From NCBI RefSeq assembly GCF_040938485.1, contig NW_027271504.1:1-64000 (forward strand): a stretch of DNA of 64,000 bases. Reading direction: 5' to 3'. The position numbers and the translations under genes are program-made. The notes beneath the pieces are model-generated. The model was not told the DNA's origin, made no database searches, and worked only from the letters and a program-made list of their open reading frames with translations. This DNA is from Diadema antillarum. Lineage: Eukaryota. Below are positions 39,501-48,981 of this stretch, one piece after another; the first letter of the stretch is position 1; each line of letters opens with the position of its first letter.

Positions 39501-42500
39501 CACCACATTATCATTGTTAAAGTAAGCAGTCATGATCTATAAATTCACCATAAGAACATGGATGGAAAACTTGTCAGTAAATCATGGCATAGATTACACC
39601 ACTGTTGCGGGGTATGCTACCTGCCTAGCTGCCAGTGCGCTGGGACGGCAGCTTGGACGGCAGCTTGGACGGCAGCTATATACATTAACATTGTGTCTCC
39701 CATATCCGGCCAATTCGCTTATCCGGATGAGCGCCGGTCCCGACATAGCCGGATAATCGAGGTCGAACTGTATGATGTTTATATTGACACATACAGTGCA
39801 CTCCCGTTACAACGAAATGCTCGGGACCGGCAGTTTTCTTTCGTTATAACGAAATTTCGTTATAACCGAACAAATACAATATATAACGAAAACAAGGAAA
39901 CCACGTATATATATCATATTCTGTTTGCTGAATACTCATCTTACACTGGAAAGCTATGTGAAATGTGATTGGATAACTGTATTACAATAATAAACGCAAG
40001 TTCCCCTCAGAAACTGTGCGTGATACAAGGAGCGAACACACAGTGGTGTGAAGCGTTCACCCATGCAGAGACGCTATAAACGCTTGTTCTGCTATGTATT
40101 TTCGAAAGCAATTCGCATTTCGTTATAATGGAGCACATTTCTTTTGTTTTTCTTTGTCTGTGGCACTCGGAAAAGACTTCGTTATAACGGAATTTTCGCT
40201 ATAACCGTGTTCGTTATAAGCGAATTTTGCACCATAGACTTTAATGGTGATAATTTTGGGACCAGAAGATTTACTTCGTTATAACGAAATTTCGTTATAA
40301 CCGTGTTCGTTGTAACGGGAGTGCACTGTAGTATGTTGAATTGTAATGTGTTCAATATCTCTTCTTGATTTCTTATTCTCCCAGTCACATAGCACATAGA
40401 CCTACCATGTGTCTGGGGTGTACAGAGTACAAGGCAGTGCTATGCACAAGAAATGATGACCTGATTGTCCAAATTTGTTGGTGCAAAGTCCATACACTGA
40501 GCAGAAGCGAGTTTAATTTATGTATGGCATACAACAACATGTCTGCTGATCTTATGATAAAGGTTGAAAGAGAACAGTAACAACACAACCCAAACAAAAC
40601 AAAACATGTACTCTGTGGCATTAGGTGATTTCATGTTCAGTGCCAATGACTAGTATTTTGTACAAGTATGATCACAATATCTGAGAAATCTGCTAATGTA
40701 CCATCTTCTTTGAATTATTGAAAATAACACATTACATTGTATGTAATGATTCCCCTCCCTCCTCCCCCCCCCCCCCCCCCCCCCAGCAGTAATAGGAATA
40801 CAGAGACAAGGTGACTCAGTGCTGGTAATGCTCAAGACATTGATGTTTGTTTGTTGTAAAAAATCTGGTGAATATTCAGTTGTGGGTGTGTTTCTTTTGC
40901 CTCACTTATTTTGCTTTACGACCACACAGAGTGACTGTCTCAAGGATGCCTTCCAAGAGTTGGACATATCCAGCGAAGTGATTGAAATCCTCCTGTCTCC
41001 TGACAAGCCCTTCTTCCGTATTTCAACCTTTGGCCATGCGGGCAGTGCTCACGTGAGAGATTAATTAGGGTAGCATGCATTTGCTGTAGGGGGAGTTCTA
41101 AAGAAATATATGTACTTGTATTGTACTGTAAACATATGGTTAAACAGGGCAAAGTTGGTAGATATGTTAGGTGTCTTGTTATATCATTTAACTACTTAGA
41201 ACATAAACAAAGATTGAAAGAGAGCCATTCTAATGTCATGTTCCATATTTTGAATATTACATCATGTGCTATTTTTGTCATATATAAACCAGGTATAACA
41301 GCACTTTTATCTTTCACTTTCATTAGTATTTTTTCCCCTTCTTTTTCTTTGTGAAAGCTGCCATTCAAAGTGATCTTCTACCAACTCACCAAGACAGTTT
41401 ATTGTACAATTGTAAATTCAAGAAAACAAGAATGCACCTTTGGCATTGTCATACCTGTGGCTATATGTGTACTTCTCTCTACTTTTAATCTTCATTTCTT
41501 TGTCAACTAATCTACTGTATACGCCATATATTTCGCGAGTCTAAAATTTCGCGAATCAGGAATTCCCGGCAATTACATTCACATCAGGATCAGAGTCAAT
41601 ATTTTCGCATGTCTTTAATTTCGCGAATAGCACCTGACTCGCGAAAATTCGGGAAAATAAAAACCTCGCGAAATATTCAGCGTATACAGTAATATTCTGT
41701 CAGTTATCCACCAAGCCCTATTCCTCATAACGGGAATAAGTGTGCAGAGTAAATATTTAATGTGACCGTAAATGTGTTCTTGCGATAATATGCCTTTCCT
41801 GTCGCTCTTGTTATCCCTTACGTGCAGTCCGATTTTCCCAAGGACTCGGACATGGTTGAATCGTTCCAGTGTACCCAGACACAAACCAACAGGTGAGCTA
41901 GTCATCTTGAATGTTTTGTGTGCAGTCCATTCCCGATATAACGAACATGGTAATAACGAAATTCTGGTTACAACGAAATGAAAATCCAGGTCGCAAAATT
42001 ATCGGCTAAGATCCGCTCTATCTTTTTTTATTGTTTATTTGTTTGGTTGTAACGAAATTTAGATATAACAAAAGAAATCTGCCAGGCCCGAGGATTTTGT
42101 TATAAACAGGAGCCCACTGTATTCTGCATACCTGGATGTACAGGCTGCACAACATGTGCACTTCCTTGGGTGGTGATTTATGTGGTGATTTTAGTGGTGA
42201 TTTATTTAACATGGTTGTATGCTAATTGTTGGAATTATGCTAATTGTTGGAATTATGCGCTTTAGACGTTACTACTCGGGGGGTTTAACTTGTTAAGGAG
42301 GAATCCCAAGTGTACTCGGGCAAGTGCCTATGGGAAATGGGTCGTGTACATGTAGCAAAATCGGCCTGTCCTCAACAGGTTAGCAGACGATCAAGCTTTT
42401 AACTTGTGCCATGGCTCTTTTATCCTGGATCCTGCAGGTACAAGCTCGCCCTGCTGAAGCCCTCAATCAAGGCCCTGATGCAATCAAGCAAAGTCTCCAT

Positions 42501-44693
42501 CCGGACAGACAACAGAGGCTTCCTCTCACTGCAGTACATGATCAGGAATGAGGACGGACAGATCTCCTTTGTGGAATACTACGTGAGTTGGGACATTTAG
42601 AACTTAACTGTATATGCCATATATTTTTGCAGGGGTTTTATTTTTAATGAATTTCATAAGTCAGGAGTTATTTGGGAATTTAACAGCACACAAAAATATC
42701 AACTCTGATATGATATGAATGTGACATGCATGCTTAATTTCTCTGTTCATTACTATACTCAATGATTACAAATTTAACCACTTGTGAAATTGTTTGGAAG
42801 TCCCGATTCACAAAAAAAAAGTTAGACTCGCTAAATATATGGCATATACAGTACCTCTTCCATTGTTATCAATCTCACACAAACAAGAATTTACCCCATA
42901 GATTATTTGCAAGTGTATTCAAATGTTAGTGGAAACAAGGTATCAATGTACATATTGTCAAATGGCTGAATTTGTGCAAAATTTGACAATTTGTATTATC
43001 AAACACAGCACATGAGAGCCGTGGAACATTTAGCTGTGGGAATGTAATGTACAGTAACTTGTATAGAAATCTTCATTTTATTGCGTATTCAGAGATAACC
43101 AGTATAAATTTCTCCCAAAACATAGCTTGAAAGATCAGCTTTGCATTACAGTTCAGGCTGTACTTATCTATTCTACTGTCACAATGTTTATGTCAATTCG
43201 GACAATCTGGTAGACTGACCTAAATGGATGTCTCTGTTATTGTTCCCTCAAGAAGAGTGAGTGTGTTGAGTACAGTGCACTCCTGTTACAACAAACACGG
43301 TTATAACAAAATTCCACTTACAACAAAGTAAAAATTTAGGCTCCAACATTATCCGCTCTTAGTTTTTTATTATGCCTCCGCAACGAAGTGGCCGGAGGCA
43401 TTATGTTTTCGGGTCGTCCGTCCGTCCGTCCGTCCGTCCGTACGTCCGTACGTCCGTCCGTACGTCCGTCTGTACGTCCGTCCGTACGTCCGTCCGTCCG
43501 TACGTCCGTCCGTCCCGTTTTGTTTTTGTCGATATCTCAAGAACCGTGTGGTGGTTTTACATCAAACTTGGTATGAGGGTATATCCTTGGGGGATAATAC
43601 TTTGTGTGGATTTTAGGGTCACAGGGTCAAAGGTCAAAGGTCACAGGTTATTTTGTGAAAAAAATTGAAATTTCATGTTTTTCTCCATATCTCGCAAATG
43701 GTTCAAGGTATCTTCATGGAACTTAGTATATATGCTTGTATCGATGGGCGGTGATTATCTAGGGAAGTTGGGGGTCATGGGTCAAAGGTCAGGGGGTCAA
43801 AGGTCAAGGTCAACTCCTCAAAATATCACTACTTTCCTTAAAATGCAATGTGCCGGAAGGTTTTTTTTTTTAAACTTGATGTATGGCATGTATTACCCAA
43901 TATATATTTTTGGGGAAGGTTTTTGCCAAAAAGTCAAAGGTCAAAAGGTAAAAGGTCAAGTGAAAGTGCTAAATTGCACTTTTTCCTCCATATCTCGAAA
44001 GTAACTTAAAGGTATCATCATGAAACTTACATATTTATGCATGTTCAACCTAACAGTGATTCTCTTTGGAACTGTGAGGTCAAAGGTCAAAGGCCAGGTT
44101 TAGATAATGCTATTTTCCCATTTGATACTGAAATTATACTTTTTCTCAATACCTTGAAAATTACTCAATGCATAAACTTATAACAGGGTCAAAAGTCAAG
44201 TAAAAATCATCAGTTCCCCAAATACCTGCACTCTGACATTTTAATCATTCATCCAATTGAACCTAGTTCTAGGAAAGTGAACATTCAGCACATTTGTGTC
44301 AAACCTGTCATTTTAATATTTTGCCAATTGTGTGAAACTGTCATCACACATTGTCAAGACATTGAACTATAAACCTATCAGGAGAACCATGCATTATGGC
44401 GGAGGCATATCAGTAGCCGTAGCGATATATCTAGTTGTTTATATGTTTGGTTATAATGAAATTTTGGTATAACGAAAGAAAACTGCCAGTCCCGAGCACT
44501 TTGTTATACATCGTAATGGGAGTTCACTGTAGTCAAGAGTAGCTCCAGCCTCACAACATAGATTATCATGTCGCTTTGTGTTGTTCATCAAATATCCCAA
44601 TGTGATTACAACACTCTCTAAAAATAATTTTGTTTCTTTTTGACTTGTTCTCTGCAGTGTGCTCCTGATGAAGAATATGATGAAGATGGATGA
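33516..44693 (+). CDS. RAD1: Cell-cycle checkpoint protein RAD1 (9-1-1 clamp subunit), 282 aa
   Basis: Exons 33516-33632, 37588-37743, 38180-38274, 38952-39063, 40930-41052, 41828-41892, 42438-42582, 44658-44693. Total 849 nt, GT-AG, phases consistent. Motifs LKAIHF, AKCVQANAFIQ, SPDKPFFRISTFG, KVSIRTDNRGFLSLQYMIRNEDGQ. Alternative in-frame ATG at 33510. Confidence 0.96.
33938..34292 (+). mobile_element. Putative non-autonomous Helitron
   Basis: A|TC start; perfect 9-bp GC stem GACCGCGCC-TAGC-GGCGCGGTC (34260-34281) ending 7 nt before a terminal CTAG. Confidence 0.55.
34292..34460. mobile_element. MITE (Harbinger-like termini)
   Basis: GGGGGGCATTTCATGAAGGAACTTGTCGGATAAA terminal inverted repeat; internal ACTTGTCGGA repeats. 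Confidence 0.8.
35530..36120. mobile_element. TIR-bounded element, unclassified
   Basis: CCTACCATA..AAGATGGTCAACTCTC versus GAGAGTTGACCATCTT..TATGGTAGG. Confidence 0.5.
36304..36423 (+). repeat. 57-bp tandem duplication (2 units + partial)
   Basis: TTCCATCAAACATTCACTCAGATTCAAGATAGTAAACCAGGACCCAGGTT(G/A)CAAGAG occurs twice. Confidence 0.9.
38390..38650 (+). mobile_element. Degenerate tRNA-derived (CORE-like) SINE remnant
   Basis: GTGCCGTTTTGTAAGGCACTTTATCCTCATTGCC resembles the SINE core motif as recalled; no intact A/B boxes seen. Confidence 0.35.
39312..39770. mobile_element. Tc1/mariner-like MITE
   Basis: TA|CAGTTCGACCTCGATTATCCGGC ... GCCGGATAATCGAGGTCGAACTG|TA. Confidence 0.85.
39794..40328. 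mobile_element. Tc1/mariner-like MITE (TA|CAGTG family); relatives at 20635-20822, 24415-24514, 26845-27784, 41924-42119, 43273-44529
   Basis: Perfect 23-bp terminal inverted repeat CAGTGCACTCCCGTTACAACGAA, TA target duplication, many GTTATAAC subterminal motifs. Confidence 0.85.
43363..44436 (-). mobile_element. Helentron-type element, family A, inverted copy nested in a MITE
   Basis: Same termini as 5058-6235 in reverse, with a (GTCC)n tract at about 43415-43515. Confidence 0.75.
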
Positions 44694-45490
44694 TGACAGG
44701 ATAACATGACACAATGGATCAGAGATAGGACTGATTTGAGTTGTAAAATACCTAAGAGGCTTTATTATATTAATAATAATTTGTGCCATATGATTTTTTT
44801 TTTTGTAATTGTTGCTTCAATGTACAGAATAAATACACATATGTTTTTAAACAATATTGGTTTGTACACATTTCACTTCTTGACACATGGTAAATGTTAT
44901 GGTACAATGTTTTGACCACACGCTACATGTATAAAGCTTCAGTACTATTTCGGACTGCATTCACAATGTACACACAAACAACAGCTTCTGGTTATCTTCA
45001 ACCATTTTAGAATTGTTCACAGTCACACGTACTGCTGTAAGCAAACTTTTTCTTGGCTCATAGGTCAAATGGCTATTACAGTTGACACTGCAAGTCCTAC
45101 AACAAAATTTACATAGGGTTTCGACTGCACAAATAAGGTAAGAGTGATGGCTATGTGATAACTCAGGGCATAATTACAATCCTTTCAAACAAACTACTGT
45201 ATGTGCAGTACATCTTGTACCATGATTTTTTTAAAGGCAAAAGCTTCTACAAAATATCAAAATAATACATCATTTTTCTTCACTATTAGGTAATGATGGT
45301 TGCACTGTGTTTCTGAGTGGGAACATGATAAAACAGCACATTAAACTTTGAAACTTCCTAAAAGGCTGACACTGAGACTAAGACATTAACCCTGGAATTT
45401 TAAATTTCATACAACTAGTGGTACAATGTACACTTGCCATCACCTTAAGTTGAAAACAACATATTGTATATTTTATCTCGTAATGTACGG

Positions 45491-45575
45491 TAGAGAATTC
45501 AGCCATTGGCTGCGCATTAGCCATTGGCTGAATTTGCGTAATATGAGAGGCCGTTCCGCGCGCAATCGCCATCTT
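45491..45575 (+). repeat. DIRS left inverted terminal repeat core
   Basis: 85/85 reverse-complement identity to 50288-50372; preceded by a 22-bp unique left extension, 45469-45490. Confidence 0.95.
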
Positions 45576-45703
45576 CGTTCCAGCGCAATGTTCGATCGCG
45601 AAGCGATTTTTATCTGACCGAAAAATCGGAAAATATCATCGAAATCTGCGGAAATACGGAACTGAATTCGTGCTCTCTTACAAGCGTGATTATCGTTCTC
45701 AGC

Positions 45704-47035
45704 ATGGATGAACCAGCTGACAAATCGGAGAAGGCAAAAGCCAAAAAAGATACCGAGCTGTGTGAGCCTAAGGCCAGCCCAGCTCCGGCAGCAAAGAAGA
45801 AGGCTGCAGGCAAAACTCTGTCTAGCGGCGGGAGGCCTAAGGCATCCCGCCCCGCGGCTTCGGGGAAGGCACAGCCGAACCCGCCCGCACCAGCTGCTAC
45901 CGCTCCCAACCCGACTGTGACTACAGCGGAAAATAGCACGGAGGTTATGTCCCGCATTGGGAAACTCGAGTCAATGTTCGAAAAAATGATCGAGACTTTG
46001 AGCACTCCTCATCATGGAGAACAACATGCCAACACGCCGCGGGATTGTTTTAGTGAATATGGCGACTGCGACACACAAAGGGGAAGCAGCTCACCACCCG
46101 TCATAGAACTGGCGGATAATCGCAGCGTGGCTGATTTCCTATCGGCAAACCGCGATGACGCGGTCAGCTTGTTTTCGGACGTAGGCCTACAGGAGGCAGA
46201 TAAAGACAAACGGCCAGAATTCAAGATACCACGAATGGCTCAGAAATTCGTGGCTCCGTCCGGGATAGGGGAACCACTAGATGAGGATGTCGCGGACACC
46301 ATTGTGTATATGATGGGACAAAAACTTGACCAGAAATCTCTCGACGAAGCAGCAACTCGCTACCCCTGCCCATCTAACTGCACATGTCTAGAAACCCCTA
46401 AAGTGAACAGCACTATCTGGGAGAACATCTCGACGGGGACGAGACACAGGGATCTGAAACTACAAATGATCCAATCATCCCTCTTGAAAGGGATAAACGC
46501 GTTTGCTCGTACCCTTCCAGCAACTTTGTCTGAAGCTCAGCAGGATGCTATAGCTTTTCTCTGCGATGCAAACTTCTCCCTCAACTGCATGAGAAAGGAC
46601 AGCATAAAGCCTGACATGAACTCAAATTTCCACCACCTGTGCAAGCCCTCTCACAAAGTGACAAAGTACTTGTTTGGAGATGACCTGGGGCGTCAAGTGA
46701 AAGAGATCCAAGAACAAAGGAAAACAATGTCAGGCATGATGAAATCACGCTTCACACGAGAGCAATCACGGTTCCAGCCGTACAAGAAACCGGATGTGAC
46801 ATCTCGCCGTCAATACACTTCGACTGGGTTCACCCGCCCGTTGGGGAGGGGTTATGACCGCCGAACATCACATTCCAACCCCATGGCCGGTTCATCTGCA
46901 CAGCCTTTTTTAGGGAAGGCTTGGAGGGGGAGACCTCGAGATCCTCCTCACACTTACACACCGACAGCAGCAAGGGAGGGTGGCAACAAGCAGCCAACCT
47001 ACCACAGGCAGAGCCAAAGCCAGGGGAGGAAATAG
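45704..47035 (+). CDS. DIRS ORF1, Gag-like protein (443 aa from first ATG)
   Basis: Long ORF at the gag position. Lys/Ala/Pro-rich N-terminus, central PKVNSTIW..RDLKLQMIQ block resembling DIRS ORF1 / LAP2alpha-like domain as recalled, Arg-rich C-terminus with no zinc knuckle. Confidence 0.88.
   Translation: MDEPADKSEKAKAKKDTELCEPKASPAPAAKKKAAGKTLSSGGRPKASRPAASGKAQPNPPAPAATAPNPTVTTAENSTEVMSRIGKLESMFEKMIETLSTPHHGEQHANTPRDCFSEYGDCDTQRGSSSPPVIELADNRSVADFLSANRDDAVSLFSDVGLQEADKDKRPEFKIPRMAQKFVAPSGIGEPLDEDVADTIVYMMGQKLDQKSLDEAATRYPCPSNCTCLETPKVNSTIWENISTGTRHRDLKLQMIQSSLLKGINAFARTLPATLSEAQQDAIAFLCDANFSLNCMRKDSIKPDMNSNFHHLCKPSHKVTKYLFGDDLGRQVKEIQEQRKTMSGMMKSRFTREQSRFQPYKKPDVTSRRQYTSTGFTRPLGRGYDRRTSHSNPMAGSSAQPFLGKAWRGRPRDPPHTYTPTAAREGGNKQPTYHRQSQSQGRK
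46906..46949 (+). promoter_or_regulatory. Candidate programmed -1 ribosomal frameshift signal (U UUU UUA + downstream stem)
   Basis: CCT TTT TTA GGG in the gag frame; a -1 shift gives TTT TTT AGG GAA GGC TTG, which is the pol frame; possible stem 46924-46931 / 46942-46949. Confidence 0.7.
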
Positions 47036-48981
47036 AACAGGTAGGTGACTATGAACACAACATAGATAACGATCTAGTTACAACACCAGCTGTCGTCGGA
47101 GGTCGTCTGAAGCCATTTTTCCCTGCTTGGGAAAATATCACGAGAGACTCACACATTATTCAAGCAGTTCAAGGCTATACAATAGAATTTGACTCAGAAA
47201 AATTTCCCCCTTCTCGAGAAAAACCTCTGCGCTCTTACAAGCGGAATGCTGAAGAAACAGCCAAGATTGACCATGAGATTCTGGTTCTGGAAGAAAAACA
47301 GGTCATTGAAAAATGTGCCCATGAAGAAGGGGAATTTATTTCAGAGGTTTTCACGAGACCAAAAAAGAATGGAGGAGTTCGATTAATTCTTGACCTGTCC
47401 GAACTCAACAAAAGTGTTCAGTACCAACACTTTAAAATGGATAATATTCAATCTGGTATTCTACTCCTCTCAAAAGGGTGTTATATGGCTTCAGTAGACC
47501 TCCGTGATGCATACTACACAATTCCCATTCACTTAGACTCTCGTAAATATCTCCGCTTCGTATGGAGAAACCAATTGTGGCAGTTCAAAGCTTTGCCAAA
47601 TGGCTTATCTTCCGCCCCAAGACTGTTCACCAAAATACTAAAACCAGTGCTTGCCTTACTAAGACAACAGGGGCACACAGTTTTGTCGTACTTGGACGAC
47701 ACACTGATAATTGGGAACAATAAAGCAGACACTCGCTCAGCAGTGCAAGCCACCACTGACCTTTTGACTAGTCTAGGGTTCATTATTCACTCAGAGAAAT
47801 CGGTACTTGAACCATCCCGTGAGATTGAATTTCTGGGTTTCCATTTAAATACATCTGAAATGAGAATCACCCTCCCAGCCAGTAAAAGCAATGACATTCA
47901 AGATGCATGTCGATCCTTACTTGCTAATAACAAACCTAGTATCCGGGAGGTAGCTAAAGTCATTGGGAAGATTGTGGCTGCCTTACCAGCATCTCAGTAC
48001 GGCCCCTTGCATTACAGGCAGCTGGAAAGGGAAAAAATCAGAGCCCTGAGAAAACAGAAAGGACATTTCGATAGACATATGAGCCTATCAAATAGAGCCA
48101 AGGCGGAACTAGTTTGGTGGTCATCCCATGCACATCTCGTGTCTAAACCCCTGTACCCAGGGAAAGTATCAAAAGAAATAAGAACAGATGCTAGTGGACA
48201 AGGTTGGGGTGCCACAGACCTGCAATCCAAGACAGGTGGTAGATGGAATGCTCAAGAATTAGCAAGAGCAGCAGGTAATGAAATAAACTATCTGGAAATG
48301 CTAGCAGCCGGTTTGGGACTCAAAAGCTTCTGTTCAAATGTCAGAGATGCACATATACTGTTGAGATTAGACAACACCACAGCGGTGACATACTTGAATA
48401 ACATGGGCGGCGTCAAGTCTGAAGCATGTAACGAAATGGCGTTGCAAATTTGGGATTGGTGCAGTAGACGACAAATTTGGATAACAGCATCTCACTTAGC
48501 AGGCTCTAAGAACACAGAAGCTGATACGATGTCAAGGAAATTCAATGACAATATAGAATGGATGCTAGACAAGACAATATTCAATGAGATAGTGCAGAGG
48601 TATGGGTTACCAAACGTAGACCTTTTTGCCACCAGACTGAATGCCCAGCTCCCAACATACGTCTCCTGGAGACCAGATCCAGGGGCATGGGCAGTAGACG
48701 CATTCACTATTGACTGGGGACCCCTAGTATTTTATGCCTTTCCCCCATTTAGCTTGGTTGCAAAGTGTCTCCAAAAAATCAGACAAGATGGCGCTAGGGG
48801 AATTTTGATAGTGCCAAATTGGCCAACACAGCCCTGGTATACCGTACTACGTAACATGCTATTGGAGGAGCCCTGGGTATTGCGAAAACACCAGTTGTTA
48901 ACCCAACCCATTACAGGTAGACCCCATCCACTTACACATCTCTCCCTCTTATGTTGCAGGGTTGGAGCAAACATTTCATAG
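46912..48981 (+). CDS. DIRS ORF2 pol: reverse transcriptase, RNase H and DNA adenine-methyltransferase-like domain; -1 frame relative to gag
   Basis: VGGRL..W start motif; PKKNGGVRLILDL; ASVDLRDAYY; LPNGLSSAPRLFTK; YLDD at 47689-47700; RNase H TDAS/INYLEM/DNTTAV; VDLFA..YAFPPF..VPNWPTQPWY. Frame open from 46858; first ATG lies about 170 codons in. Confidence 0.95.
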   Translation, partial: REGLEGETSRSSSHLHTDSSKGGWQQAANLPQAEPKPGEEIEQVGDYEHNIDNDLVTTPAVVGGRLKPFFPAWENITRDSHIIQAVQGYTIEFDSEKFPPSREKPLRSYKRNAEETAKIDHEILVLEEKQVIEKCAHEEGEFISEVFTRPKKNGGVRLILDLSELNKSVQYQHFKMDNIQSGILLLSKGCYMASVDLRDAYYTIPIHLDSRKYLRFVWRNQLWQFKALPNGLSSAPRLFTKILKPVLALLRQQGHTVLSYLDDTLIIGNNKADTRSAVQATTDLLTSLGFIIHSEKSVLEPSREIEFLGFHLNTSEMRITLPASKSNDIQDACRSLLANNKPSIREVAKVIGKIVAALPASQYGPLHYRQLEREKIRALRKQKGHFDRHMSLSNRAKAELVWWSSHAHLVSKPLYPGKVSKEIRTDASGQGWGATDLQSKTGGRWNAQELARAAGNEINYLEMLAAGLGLKSFCSNVRDAHILLRLDNTTAVTYLNNMGGVKSEACNEMALQIWDWCSRRQIWITASHLAGSKNTEADTMSRKFNDNIEWMLDKTIFNEIVQRYGLPNVDLFATRLNAQLPTYVSWRPDPGAWAVDAFTIDWGPLVFYAFPPFSLVAKCLQKIRQDGARGILIVPNWPTQPWYTVLRNMLLEEPWVLRKHQLLTQPITGRPHPLTHLSLLCCRVGANIS
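47041..48959 (+). other. Candidate spliceosomal intron within DIRS that removes pol
   Basis: Donor CAG|GTAGGT; branch-like CTTAC (A at 48934); pyrimidine tract and TTGCAG|G; joins the pol frame to the YR frame in phase 0. Confidence 0.6.

Noticed and set aside
43372-43668. ORFs rich in SVRP/RTDG repeats (also 6003-6269, 18865-19118, 54388-54579)
   Set aside because: These are translations of transposon microsatellites, not genes.
48908-48917. Alternative DIRS acceptor TTACAG|G at 48916
   Set aside because: Weak pyrimidine tract, and it does not join the 47040 donor in frame to YR.
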